Assembly: GCA_038087875.1 (NCBI GenBank)
Contig: JAXLNO010000089.1
Span: forward strand, 1 to 48,655
Direction of reading: 5' to 3'
From: Malacoraja senta
Taxonomy: Eukaryota
DNA length: 48,655 nucleotides
In this document: in pieces, positions 22,001 to 37,000 of the stretch
Layout of the letters: each line of letters starts with the position of its first letter
Numbering within the stretch: position 1 is the first letter of the stretch
Notes under the pieces: model-generated
Seen by the model: only the letters and a program-made list of their open reading frames with translations
Databases searched by the model: none
What the model was told of the DNA's origin: nothing
Made by a program: the position numbers and the translations under genes

Positions 22001-25000
22001 TTTAAAAGCAAACCACCTTTTGCATTTTCAAAGCAAACCACCATTTGCATATTAAAAGCAAGCCAGTTTTTGCATTTTCAAATCAAACCACGTTTTGTAT
22101 TTTCAAAGCAAACCACATTTTGCATTTTCAAAGCAAACCACATTTTTGCAATTTTAAAGCAAACCATCTTTTGTATTTTCAAAGCAAACCACCTTTTCCA
22201 TTTTCAAGCAAACCATCTACTGCATTATAAAATCAAACCTTTTTGCATTTTCAAAGCAAACCACCTTTTGCATTTTCAAAGCAAACCACCTTTTCCATTT
22301 TCAAAGCAAACCATCTACTGCATTTTTAAAGCAAACCTTTTTGCATTTTCAAAGGAAATCACCTTTTGCATTTTCAATCCACCTTTTCCATTTTCAAAGT
22401 AAACCATCTACTGCTTTTTTAAAGCAAACCTTTTTGCATTTTCAAAGTATACCATCTTTTGCATTTTCAAAGCAAACCACCTTTTGCATTTCCATTAAAA
22501 AGCAGCGTTGGCATTTTCAATGCAAATCAGCAAACCACCTTTTGCATTTTCAGAGTAAACGACAGTTTGCATTTTCAAAGCAAACTACCTTTTGCATTTT
22601 CAAAGCAAACCACTTTTTGGCATTTTTATACCAAACCACCTTTTGCATTTTCAAAGCAAACCACCTTTTACATTTTCAATGAAAACCAACATTTGCATTT
22701 TCAAAGCAAACCACGTTTTGCATTTTCAAAGCAAACCACTTTTTGCAATTTCAAAGCAAACAACGTTATGCATTTTCAATGCAAACCACCTTATGCATTT
22801 TCAAAGCAAACCACCTATTCTAAGCAAACCACCTTTTGCATTTTCATGGCAAACCACCTTTTCCATTTTCAAAACAAATCACCTTTTGCATTTTCAAAGC
22901 AAAGCACATTTTGTATTTTCAAAGTAAACCACCTTTTGCATTTTTAACGCAAACCACCTTTTGCATTATAAAGCAAACCACCTTTTGCATTTTCAAAGCA
23001 ATTTTTTTTCGCATTTTCAAAGCAATTTTTTTCGCATTTTCAAAGCAAACCACCTTTTGCATTTTCAAAGCAAACCACCTTTTGCAATTTCAAAGCAAAG
23101 CACCTTTTGCATTTTCAAAGCAAACCACTTATAGCATTTTCAAAGCAAACCACCTTTAGCATTTTCAAACCAAACCACTTTTTTGCATTTTCAAAGCAAA
23201 CCACATTTAACATTTTCAAAGCAAACTACCTTTTGCACTTTCAAAGCAAACGACCTTTTCGATTTTCAAAGCAAATCAGCTTTTGCATTTTCAAAGCCAC
23301 CACCTTTTGCATTTTCAAAGTAAACCAACTTTTGCATTTTCAATGCAAACCAGCAAACCACCTTTTGCATTTTCAAAGCAAACCACTTTTTCCATTTTCA
23401 AAGCAAACCACATTTAGCACTTTCAAAGCAAATCAACTTTTGCATTTTCAAAGCAAACCACCTTTTCCATTTTCAAAGCAAACCAACATTTCCATTTTAA
23501 AACCAAACCACATTTTGCATTTTAAAACCAAAACACCTTTTGCATTTTAAAAGCAAACCATCTTTTGCATATTAAAAGCAAGCCGCCTTTTGCATTTTCA
23601 AAGCAAACCACCTTTTGTATTTTCAAAGCTAACCACCTTTTGCATTTTCAAAGCAAACCACCTTGTGTATTTTCAAAGCAAACCACCTTTTTAATTTTCA
23701 ATGCAAACCAGCAAACCAACTTTTGCATTTTCATAGCAAACCTTTTGCATTTTCAAAGCAAAGGACCGTTTGCATTTTAAAGGAAAACCACATTTTGCAT
23801 TTTGAAAGCAAACCTCCTTTTGGCATTTTTATAGCAAACCACCTTTTGCCTTTTCAAAGCAAACCATCTTTTGCATTTTCAAATCAAACCTTTTGCATTT
23901 TCAAAGCTAACCATCTTTTGCATTTCCAAAGCAAACCACCTTTTCAAAGCAAACCACCTTTTGCATTTTCAAAGCATACCACTTTTTGCATTTTCAAAAC
24001 AAACCACCTTTTGCATTTTCAAAACAAACCATCTTTTGCATTTTCAAAGCAAACCACCTTTTGCATTTTCAAAGCAATTTTTTGCATTTGCAAAGCAAAC
24101 CACCTTTTGCATTTTCAAAGCAAACCACTTATGGCATTTTCAAAGCAAACCACCTTTTGCATTTTCAAACCAAACCACTTTTTTGCATTTTCAAAGCAAA
24201 CCACATTTAACATTTTCAAAGCAAACTACCTTTTGCACTTTCAAAGCAAACGACCTTTTGCATTTTCAAAGCAAATCAGCTTTTGCATTTTCAAAGCCCA
24301 CCACCTTTTGCATTTTCAAAGTAAACCACCTTTTGCATTTTCAAAGCAAACCACATTTAGCATTTTCAAAGCAAATCATCTTTTGCATTTTCAAAGCAAA
24401 CCACCTTTTGCATTTTCAAAGCAAACCAACATTTCCATTTTAAAACCAAACCATCTTTTGCATTTTAAAACCAAAACACCTTTTGCATTTTAAAAGCAAA
24501 CCATCTTTTGCATATTAAAAGCAAGCCACCTTTTGCATTTTCAAAGCAAACTACCTTTTGTATTTTCAAAGCAAACCACCTTTTGCATTTTCAAAGCAAA
24601 CCACCTTGTGTATTTTCAAAGCAAACCACCTTTTTCATTTTCAATTCAAACCAGCAAACCAACTTTTGCATTTTCATAGTAAACCTTTTGCATTTTCAAA
24701 GCAAAGGACCTTTTGCATTTTCAAAGAAAACCACATTTTGCATTTTGAAAGCAAACCTCCTTTTGGCATTTTTATAGCAAACCACCTTTTGCCTTTTCAA
24801 AGCAAACCACCATTTGCATTTTCAAAGCAAACCACTTTTTGCAATTTCCAAGCAAACCAACGTTTGCATTTTCAATGCAACCCACCTTTTTCATTTTAAA
24901 AGCAAACCACCTTTTGCATTTTCAAAGCAAACCACCATTTGCATTTTCAAAACAAACCTTTTGCATTATCAAAGTAAACCCTTTGCATTTTCAAAGCAAA

Positions 25001-28000
25001 CCTTTAGCATTTTCAAAGCAAACCAGCTTTTTCATATTCAAAGCAAACCACCTTTTGCATTTTCAAAGCAAACCACCTTTTGCATTTTCAAAGCATACCA
25101 TCTTTGCATTTTCAAAGCAAACCACCTTTTGCATTTCCATTAAAAAGCAGCTTTTGCATTTTCAATGCAAACCAGCAAACCACCTTTTGCATTTTCAAAG
25201 CAAACGACCGTTTGCATTTTCAAAGCAAACCACCTTTTGCATTTTCAAAGCAAACCACTTTTTCGCATTTTTATACCAAACCACCATTTGCATTTTCAAT
25301 CCACCTTTTCCATTTTCAAAGTAAACCATCTACTGCTTTTTTAAAGCAAACCTTTTTGCATTTTCAAAGCATACCATCTTTTGCATTTTCAAAGCAAACC
25401 ACTTTTTTGCAATTTCAAAGCAAACCCTCTTTTGCATTTTCAAAGCAAACCACCTTTTCCATTTTCAAAACAAACCATCTACTGCATTTTTAAGGCAAAC
25501 ATTTTTGCATTTTCAAAGGAAACCACCTTTTGCATTTTCAATCCACCTTTTCCATTTTAAAAAGCAAACCATCTACTGCTTTTTTAAAGCAAACCTTTTA
25601 GCATTTTCAAAGCATACCATATTTGCATTTTCAAAGCAAACCACCTTTTACATTTTCAAAGCAAACTACTTTTTGGCATTTTTATACCAAACCACCTTTT
25701 GCATTTTCAAAGCAAACCACCTTTTACATTTTCATTGAAAACCAACATTTCCATTTTTAAAGCAAACCACCTTTCGCATTTTCAAAGCAAACCACTTTTT
25801 TGCAAATTCAAAGCATTTTGCATTTTCAAATCAAACGACCTTTCGCATATTAATAGCAAACGACCGTTTGCATTTATAGAGCAAACGACCATTTGCATTT
25901 TCAAAGCAAACCTCCTTTTGCATTTTCAAAGCAAACCACCTTTTGCAATTTCAAAACAAACCACCTTTTGCATTTTCGAAGCAAACCACCTTTAACATTT
26001 TCAAAGCAGACCACCTTTTTTTGCATGTTCAAAGCAAACCACACATTTGCAATTTCAAATTAAACCACCTTTTGCATTTTCAAAGCAAACCACCTTTTCC
26101 ATTTTCAAAGCAAACCATCTACTGCATTTTTAAAGCAAACCTTTTTGCATTTTCAAAGGAAACCACCTTTTGCAATTTCAATCCATCTTTTCCATTTTCA
26201 AAGCAAACCATCTACTGCTTTTTTAAAGCAAACCTTTTTGCATTTTCAAAGCATTTCCATTAAAAAGCAGATTTTGCACTTACAATGCAAATCAGCAAAC
26301 CACCTTTTGCATTTTCAAAGCAAACGACCGTTTGCATTTTCAAAGCAAACTACCTTTTGCATTTTCAAAGCAAACCACTTTTTGGCATTTTTATACCAAA
26401 CCACCTTTTGCATTTTCAAAGCAAACCACCTTTTGCATTTTATAAGTAAACCACCTTTTTCATTTTCAAAGCAAACCACCATTTGCATATTAAAACAAAG
26501 CCACTTTTTGCATCTTCAAATTAAACCACGTTTTGTATTTTCAAAGCAAACCACCTTTTGCATTTTCAAAGCAAACCACTTTTTTGCAATTTCAAAGCAA
26601 ACAATCTTTTGCATTTTCAAAGCAAACGACCTTCTGCATATTAAAAGCAAACGACCTTTTGCATTTTCAGAGGAAACGACCTTTTGCATTTTCAAAGCAA
26701 ACAACGTTATGTATTTTCAAAGCAAACCACCTTTTGCATTTTCAAAGCAAATCACTTTTTTGCAATTTCAAAGCAAACCATCTTTTGCATTTTCAAAGCA
26801 AACCACCTTTTCTATTTTCAAAGCAAACCATCTACTGCAATTTTAAAGCAAACCTCATTTTGCATTTTCAAAGCAAACCACCTTTTGCATTTTCAAAGCA
26901 AACCACCTTTTCTATTTTCAAAGCAAACCATCTACTGCAATTTTAAAGCAAACCTCATTTTGCATTTTCAAAGCAAACCACCTTTTGCATTTTCAAAGCA
27001 AAACACCTTTTGCATTTTCAAAGCAAACCACCTTTTGCATTTTCGAAGCAAACCACCTTTAACATTTTCAAAGCAGACCACCTTTTTTTGCATGTTCAAA
27101 GCAAACCACACATTTGCAATTTCAAATTAAACCACCTTTGGCATTTTCAAAGCAAACCACCTTTTCCATTTTCAAAGCAAACCATCTACTGCATTTTTAA
27201 AGCAAACGACCTTTTGCATTTTCAAAGGAAACCACATTTTGCATTTTCAATCCACCTTTTCCATTTTCAAAGCAAACCATCTACTGCTTTTTTAAAGCAA
27301 ACCTTTTTGCATTTTCAAAGCATACCACCTTTTACATTTTCAAAGCAAACCACATTTTGGCATTTTTATACCAAACCACCTTTTGCATTTTCAAAGCAAA
27401 CCACCTTTTACATTTTCATTGAAAACCAACATTTGCATTTTCAAACCAAACCACCTTTTGCATTTTAAAAGCAAACCACTTTTTCATTTTCAAAGCAAAC
27501 CACCATTTGCATATTAAAACAGCCACTTTTTGCATTTTCAAATCAAACCACGTTTTGTATTTTCAAAGCAAACCACTTTTGCATTTTCAAAGCAAACCAC
27601 TTTTTTGCAATTTCAAAGCAAACAATCTTTTGCATTTTCAAAGCAAACGACCTTTTGCATATTAAAAGCAAACGACCTTTTGCATTTTCAGAGCAAACGA
27701 CCTTTTGTATTTTCAAAGCAAACCTTTTGCATTTTCAAAGGAAACCACCTTTTGCATTTTCAAACCACCTTTTCCATTTTCAAAGCAAACCATCTACTGC
27801 TTTTTTAAAGCAAACCTTTTTGAATTTTCAAAGCAAACCACCTTTTGCATTTTCAAAGGAAACCACCTTTTGCATTTTCAAAGAAAACCACCTTTTCCAT
27901 TTTCAAAGCAAACCATCTATTGCATTTTTAAAGCAAACCTTTTTGCATTTTCAAAGGAAACCCCATTTTGCATTTTCAATCCACCTTTTCCATTTTCAAA

Positions 28001-31000
28001 GCAAACCATCTACTGCTTTTTTAAAGCAAACCTTTTTGCATTTTCAAAGCATACCATCTTTTGCATTTTCAAAGCAAACCACATTTTGCATTTCCATTAA
28101 AACGCAGCTTTTGCATTTTCAATGCAAACCAGCAAACCACCTTTTGCATTTTCAAAGCAAACGACCGTTTGCATTTTCAAAGCAAACCACCTTTTACATT
28201 TTCAAAGCAAACCACATTTTGGCATTTTTATACCAAACCACCTTTTGCATTTTCAAAGCAAACCACCTTTTACATTTTCATTGAAAATCAACATTTGCAT
28301 TTTCAAACCAAACCACCTTTTGCATTTTAAAAGCAAACCACCTTTTGCATTTTCAAAGCAAACCACCATTTGCATATTAAAACAAAGCCACTTTTTGCAT
28401 TTTCAAATCAAACCACGTTTTGTATTTTCAAAGCAAACCACTTTTGCATTTTCAAAGCAAACCACTTTTTTGCAATTTCAAAGCAAACAATCTTTTGCAT
28501 TTACAAAGCAAACGACCTTTTGCATATTAAAAGCAAACGACCTTTTGCATTTTCAGAGCAAACGACCTTTTGTATTTTCAAAGCAAACCTCCTTTTGCAT
28601 TTTCAAAGGAAACCACCTTTTGCATTTTCAAACCACCTTTTCCATTATCAAAGCAAACCATCTACTGCTTTTTTAAAGCAAACCTTTTTGAATTTACAAA
28701 GCAAACCACCTTTTGCATTTTCAAAGCAAACCACCTTTTGCATTTTCAAAGCATACCATCTTTTGCATTTTCAAAGCAAACCACCTGTTGCATTTCCATT
28801 AAAAAGCAGCTTCTGCATTTTCAATGCAAACCAGAAAACCACCTATTGCATTTTCAAAGCAAACGACCTTTTGCATTTTAAAAGCAAACGACCTTTTGTA
28901 TTTTCAAAGCAAACGACCTTTTGCATTTTCAAAGCAAACCACCTTTTGCATTTTCAAAGCAAACCATCTACTGCATTTTTAAAGCAAACCATCTACTGCA
29001 TTTTTAAAGCAAACCTTTTTGCATTTTCAAAGGAAACCACCTTTTGCATTTTCAAACCACCTTTTCCATTTTCAAAGTAAATCATCTACTGCTTTTTTAA
29101 AGCAAACCTTTTTGCAATTTCAAAGCAAACCACCTATATCATTTTCAAAGCACACCACCTTTTGCATTTTCAAAGCACACCACCTTTTACATTTTCAAAG
29201 CAAACTCCCTTTTGCATTTTCAATGCAAACCGGCAATCCACCTTTTGCATTTTAAAAGCAAACGACCTTTTGTATTTTCAAAGCAAACGACCTTTTGCAT
29301 TTTCAAAGCAAACCACCTTTTGCATCTTCAAAGCAACCACCTTTTGCTTTTTCAAAGCAAACTACTATTCGCATTTTCAAAACAAACCTTTTGCATTTTC
29401 AAAGTGAACCCTTTGCATTTTCAAAGCAAACCTTTTGATTTTAAAAGCAAACCACCTTTTTTTCATTTTCAAATCAAACCACCTTTTGCTTTTTCAAAGC
29501 AAACCACCATATGCCCTTCAAAGCAAACCGCCTTTTGCATTTTCAAAGTAAACCCTTTGCATTTTGAAAGCAAACCACTTTATCATTTTCAAAGCAAACC
29601 ACCATTTGCATTTTCAAAGCAAACCACCTTTAGCATTTTCAAAGTAAACCACCTTTTGCATTTTCAAAGCAGACCAACTTTTGCATTTTCAAAGCAAACC
29701 TCATTTTGGCGTTTTTATAGCAAACCACCTTTTGCATTTTAAAAGCAAACCACCTTTTGCATTTTCAAAGCAAACCACCTTTTGCATCTTCTAAGCAACC
29801 ACCTTTTGCTTTTTCAAAGCAAACCACTATTTTCCCTTCAAAGCAAACCACTTTTTGCATTTTCAAAGCAAACCTTTTGCATTTTCAAAGTAAACCCTTT
29901 GCATTTCAAAGCAAACCTTTTGATTTTAAAAGCAAACAACCTTTTTTACAATTTCAAAGAAAACCACCTTTTGCATTTTCAAAGCAAACCACCATTTGCC
30001 CTTCAAAGCAAACCACTATTTGCATTTTCAAAGCAAACCACCATTTGCATTTTCAAAGCAAACCACCTTTTACATAGTAAAGACAAACAACCTTTTGCAT
30101 TTTAAAAGCAAACCACCATTTCCATATTAAAAGAAAGCCACCTATGGCATTTTCAAAGCAAACCACCTTTTGTATTTTCAAAGCAAACCACCTTTTGCAT
30201 TTTCAAAGCAAACCATTTTTTTTTGCAATTTCAAACCAAACCACCTTCTGTATTTTCAAAGCAAACCACTTTTTCCTTTTTCAAAGCAAACTATCTACTA
30301 CATTATAAAGCAAACCTTTTTGGATTTTCAAAGCAGACCAACATTTGCATTTTCAAAGCACACCACATTTTGCATTTTCAAAGCAAACCAGCTTTTGCAT
30401 TTTCAATGCAAACCAGCAAACCACCTTTTGCATTTTAAAAGCAAACCACCTTTTGCATTTTCAAAGCAAACCACCTTTTTCATTTTCAAAGCAAACCACC
30501 TTTTGCATTTTCAATGAAAAGCAGCGTTTGCATTTTCAATGCAAACCAGCTAACCACCTTTTGCATTTTCAAAGCAAATGACCTTTTGAATTTTCAAAGC
30601 AAACGACCTTTTGCATTTTCAAAGCAAACCACCTTTTGCATTTCCAAAGCAAACCACTTTTTGGCATTTTTATACCAAACCACCTTTTGCATTTTCAAAG
30701 CAAACCATTTTTTTGCGCAATTTAAAAGCAAACCACCTTTTGCATTTTCAAAGCAAACCACCTTTTCAATTTTCAAAGCAAACCATCTTCTGCATTTTTA
30801 AAGCAAACCTTTTTGCATTTTCAAAGCAAACCACCTTTTGCTTTTTCAAAGCAAACCACCTTTTGCTTTTTCAAAGCAAACCACCTTTTGCATTTTCAAA
30901 GCAAATCACGTTTTCCATTTTCAAAGCAAACCACGTTTTGCATTTTCAAAGCAAACCTTTTGGCATTTTCAAAGCAATCCACCTTTTGCATTTTCAAAGC

Positions 31001-34000
31001 AAACTACCTTTTCAAAGCAAACCACCTTTTGCAATTTCAAAGAAAACCACCGTTTCCATTTACAAAGCAAACCACCTTTTCCATTTTCAAAGCAAACCAC
31101 CTATAGCATTTTCAAAGCAAACCACATTTTGTATTTTCAAAGCAAACCACCTTTTGTTTTTTCTAAACAAACGACATTTTGCATTTTCAAAGCAAAGCAC
31201 ATTTTGCATTTTCAAAGCAAACCGCCTTTTGGCATTTTATAGCAAACCACCTTTTGCATTTTCAAAGCAAACCACCTTTTCCATTTTCAAAGCAAACCTA
31301 CTGCATTTTTAAAGCAAACCTTTTTGCATTTTCATAGCAAACCACCTTTTGCATTTTCAAAGCTAATCATCTATAGCATTTTCAAAACAAACCACCTTTT
31401 CCATTTTCAAATCCAAACCACCTTTTGCATTTTTAAAGCAAACCACCATTTGCATATTAAAAGCAAGCCACCTTTTGCATTTTCAAAGCAAACCACCTTT
31501 TGCATTTTCAAATCAAACGACTTTTTTTTGCTATTTCAAAACAAACCACCTTTTGCATTTTCAAAGCAAACCACTTATTCCATTTTCAAAGCAAACCATC
31601 TACTACATTTTTAAAGCAAACCTTTTTGGATTTTCAAAGCAAACCACCTTTTGCATTTTCAAAGCAAACCACCTTTTCCATTTTCAAAGCAAACTATCTA
31701 CCGCATTTTTAAAGCAAACCACTTTTTGCTATTTCAACGCACACCACATTTTGCATTTTCAAAGCAAACCACCTTTTGCATTTTCAATGTTAACCAGCAA
31801 ACCACCTTTTGCATTTTAAAAGCAAGCCACCTTTTGCATTTTCAAAGCAAACCACATTTTTCATTTTCAAAGCAAACCACCCTTTGCATTTTCATTGAAA
31901 AGCAGCTTTTGCATTTTCAATGCAAACCAGCAAACCACCTTTTGCATTTTCAAAGCAAATGACCTTTAGCATTTTCAAAGCAAACGTCCTTTTGCATTTT
32001 CAAAGCAAACCACCGTTTGCATTTCCAAAGCAAACCACTTTTTGGCATTTTTATACCAAACCACCTTTTGCATTTTCAAAGAAAACCACCTTTTACATTT
32101 TCAAAGCAAACCACCATTTGCATTTTCAAAGAAAACCACCGTTATCATTTTAAAAGCAAACCACGTTTTGCATTTTCAAAGCAAACCACCTTTTGCATTT
32201 TCAAAGCAAACCACATTTTGCATTTTCAAAGTAAACCACTTTTTTTGCTATTTAAAAAAACCCACCTTTTGCATTTTCAAAGCAAACTACCTTTTCCATT
32301 TTCAAATCAAACCATCTACTGCATTTTTAAAGCAAACCTTTTTGCATTTTCAAAGCAAACCACCTTTTGCTTTTTCAAAGCAAACCACCTTTTGCATTTT
32401 CAAAGCAAACCACCTTTTCCATTTTCTAAACAAACGACATTTTACATTTTCAAAGCAAACCACCATTTGTATTTTCAAAGCAAACCACTTTTTGCAATTT
32501 CAAAGCAAACGACCTTTTGCATTTTCAAAGCAAACCACCTTTTGCATTTCCAAAGCAAACCACTTTTTGGCATTTTTATACCAAACCACCTTTTGCATTT
32601 TCAAAGCAAACCATTTTTTTTGCAATTTAAAAGCAAACCACCTTTTGCATTTTCAAAGCAAACCACCTTTTCAATTTTCAAAGCAAACCATCTTCTGCAT
32701 TTTCAAAGCAAACCTTTTGGCATTTTCAAAGCAATCCACCTTTTGCATTTTCAAAGCAAACTACCTTTTCAAAGCAAACCACCTTTTGCAATTTCAAAGA
32801 AAACCACCGTTTCCATTTACAAAGCAAACCACCTTTTCCATTTTCAAAGCAAACCACCTATAGCATTTTCAAAGCAAACCACATTTTGTATTTTCAAAGC
32901 AAACCACCTTTTGTTTTTTCTAAACAAACGACATTTTGCATTTTCAAAGCAAAGCACATTTTGCATTTTCAAAGCAAACCGCCTTTTGGCATTTTATAGC
33001 AAACCACCTTTTGCATTTTCAAAGCAAACCACCTTTTCCATTTTCAAAGCAAACCTACTGCATTTTTAAAGCAAACCTTTTTGCATTTTCATAGCAAACC
33101 ACCTTTTGCATTTTCAAAGCTAATCATCTATAGCATTTTCAAAACAAACCACCTTTTCCATTTTCAAATCCAAACCACCTTTTGCATTTTTAAAGCAAAC
33201 CACCATTTGCATATTAAAAGCAAGCCACCTTTTGCATTTTCAAAGCAAACCACCTTTTGCATTTTCAAATCAAACGACTTTTTTTTGCTATTTCAAAACA
33301 AACCACCTTTTGCATTTTCAAAGCAAACCACTTATTCCATTTTCAAAGCAAACCATCTACTACATTTTTAAAGCAAACCTTTTTGGATTTTCAAAGCAAA
33401 CCACCTTTTGCATTTTCAAAGCAAACCACCTTTTCCATTTTCAAAGCCAACTATCTACCGCATTTTTAAAGTAAACCACTTTTTGCTATTTCAACGCACA
33501 CCACATTTTGCATTTTCAAAGCAAACCACCTTTTGCATTTTCAATGTTAACCAGCAAACCACCTTTTGCATTTTAAAAGCAAGCCACCTTTTGCATTTTC
33601 AAAGCAAACCACATTTTTCATTTTCAAAGCAAACCACCCTTTGCATTTTCATTGAAAAGCAGCTTTTGCATTTTCAATGCAAACCAGCAAACCACCTTTT
33701 GCATTTTCAAAGCAAATGACCTTTAGCATTTTCAAAGCAAACGTCCTTTTGCATTTTCAAAGCAAACCACCGTTTGCATTTCCAAAGCAAACCACTTTTT
33801 GGCATTTTTATACCAAACCACCTTTTGCATTTTCAAAGTAAACCACCTTTTACATTTTCAAAGCAAACCACCATTTGCATTTTCAAAGAAAACCACCGTT
33901 ATCATTTTAAAAGCAAACCACGTTTTGCATTTTCAAAGCAAACCACCTTTTGCATTTTCAAAGCAAACCACATTTTGCATTTTCAAAGTAAACCACTTTT

Positions 34001-37000
34001 TTTGCTATTTAAAAAAAAACCACCTTTTGCATTTTCAAAGCAAACTACCTTTCCATTTTCAAATCAAACCATCTACTGCATTTTTAAAGCAAACCTTTTT
34101 GCATTTTCAAAGCAAACCACCTTTTGCTTTTTCAAAGCAAACCACCTTTTGCATTTTCAAAGCAAACCACCTTTTCCATTTTCTAAACAAACGACATTTT
34201 ACATTTTCAAAGCAAACCACCATTTGTATTTTCAAAGCAAACCACTTTTTGCAATTTCAAAGCAAACCAACTTTTGCATTTTCAATGAAAACCACCTTTT
34301 GCATTTAAAAAGCAAACCACCTTTTCTGTTTCAAAGCAAACCACCTTTTGCCTTTTCAAAGCAACCCACCTTTTGCCTTTTCAAAGCAAACCACCTTTTG
34401 CTTTTTCAAAACAAACCACAATTTGCCCTTCAAACCAAACCACTATTTGCATTTTCAAAGCTAACCTTTTGCATTTTCAACGTAAACCCATTGCATTTTC
34501 AAAGCAAACCTTTTGCCTTTTCAAAGCAAACCACCTTTTGCATTTTCAAAGCAAACCACCTTTTGCATTTTCAAAGCAAACCACATTTTGCATTTTCAAA
34601 AAAAAACACATTTAGCATTTTCACAGCAAACAATATTTTGCTTTTTCAAAGCAAACCACCTTTTGCATTTTCAAAGCATACCATCTTTTCATTTTCAAAG
34701 CAAACCACCTTTTGCATTTCCATTAAAAAGCAGCTTTTACATTTTCAATGCAAACCAGCAAACCACCTTTTGCATTTTCAAAGCAAACCACCTTTTGCAT
34801 TTTCAAAGCAAACCACCATTTGCATATTAAAAGCAATCCACCTTTTGCATTTTCAAAGCAAACTGCCTTTTCAAAGCAAACCACCTTTTGCAATTTCAAA
34901 GAAAACCACTTTTTGCATGTTCAAAGCAAACCACCTATAGCATTTTCAAAGCAAACCACATTTTGTATTTTCAAAGCAAACCTCCTTTTCCATTTTGAAA
35001 GCAAACCACTTTTTTTCCATTTTCAAAGCAAACCTACTGCATTTTTAAAGCAAACCTTTTTGCATTTTCATAGCAAACCACCTTTTGCATTTTCAAACTA
35101 ACCATCTATAGCATTTTCAAAACAAACCACCTTTTGCATTTTCAATGCAAACCAGCAAACCAACTTTTGCATTGTCATAGCAAACCTTTTGGATTTTCAA
35201 AGCAAAGGACCTTTTGCATTTTAAAGGAAAACCACATTTTGCATTTTGAAAGCAAACCTCCTTTTGGCATTTTTATAGCAAACCACCTTTTGCCTTTTCA
35301 ATGCAAACCATCTTTTGCATTTTCAAATCAAACCTTTTGCATTTTCAAAGCTAACCATCTTTTGCATTTTCAAAGCAAACCACCTTTTCAAAGCAAACCA
35401 CCTTTTGCATTTTCAAAGCAAACCACTTTTTGCATTTTCAAAACAAACCACCTTTTGCATTTTCAAAACAAACCATCTTTTGCATTTTCAAAGCAAACCA
35501 CCTTTTGCATTTTCAAAGCAATTTTTTGCATTTTCAAAGCAAACCACCTTTTGCATTTTCAAAGCAAACCACCTTTTGCAATTTCAAAGCAAAGCACCTT
35601 TTGCATTTTCAAAGCAAACCACTTATAGCATTTTCAAAGCAAACCACCTTTTGCATTTTAAAAACCAAACCACTTTTTTGCATTTTCAAAACAAACCACA
35701 TTTAACATTTTCAAAGCAAACTACCTTTTGCACTTTCAAAGCAAACGACCTTTTGCATTTTCAAAGCAAATCAGCTTTTGCATTTTCAAAGCCCACCACC
35801 TTTTGCATTTTCAAAGTAAACCACCTTTTGCATTTTCAAAGCAAACCACATTTAGCATTTTCAAAGCAAATCATCTTTTGCATTTTCAAAGCAACCCACC
35901 TTTTGCATTTTCAAAGCAAACCAACATTTCCATTTTAAAACCAATCCATCTTTTGCATTTTAAAACCAAAACACCTTTTGCATTTTAAAAGCAAACCATG
36001 TTTTGCATATTAAAAGCAAGCCACCTTTTGCATTTTCAAAGCAAACCACCTTTTGTATTTTCAAAGCAAACCACCTTTTGCATTTTCAAAGCAAACCACG
36101 TTGTGTATTTTCAAAGCAAACCACCTTTTTCATTTTCAATTCAAACCAGCAAACCAACTTTTGCATTTTCATAGCAAACCTTTTGCATTTTCAAAGCAAA
36201 GGACCTTCTGCATTTTCAAAGAAAACCACATTTTGCATTTTGAAAGCAAACCTCCTTTTGGCATTTTTATAGCAAACCACCTTTTGCCTTTTCAAAGCAA
36301 ACCACCATTTGCATTTTCAAAGCAAACCACTTTTTGCAATTTCCAAGCAAACCAACGTTTGCATTTTCAATGCAACCCACCTTTTCATTTTAAAAGCAAA
36401 CCACCTTTTGCATTTTCAAAGCAAACCACCATTTGCATTTTCAAAACAAACCTTTTGCATTATCAAAGTAAACCCTTTGCATTTTCAAAGCAAACCTTTA
36501 GCATTTTCAAAGCAAACCAGCTTTTTCATATTCAAAGCAAACCACCTTTTGCATTTTCAAAGCAAACCACCTTTTGCATTTTCAAAGCATACCATCTTTG
36601 CATTGTCAAAGCAAACCACCTTTTGCATTTCCATTAAAAAGCAGCTTTTGCATTTTCAATGCAAACCAGCAAACCACCTTTTGCATTTTCAAAGCAAACG
36701 ACCGTTTGCATTTTCAAAGCAAACCACCTTTTGCATTTTCAAAGCAAACCACTTTTTCGCATTTTTATACCAAACCACCATTTGCATTTTCAATCCACCT
36801 TTTCCATTTTCAAAGTAAACCATCTACTGCTTTTTTAAAGCAAACCTTTTTGCATTTTCAAAGCATACCATCTTTTGCATTTTCAAAGCAAACCACCTTT
36901 TGCATTTCCATTAAAAAGCAGCTTTTGCATTATCAATGCAAATCAGCAAACCACCTTTTGCAATTTCAAATCAAACAACGTTTTGTATTTTCAAAGCAAA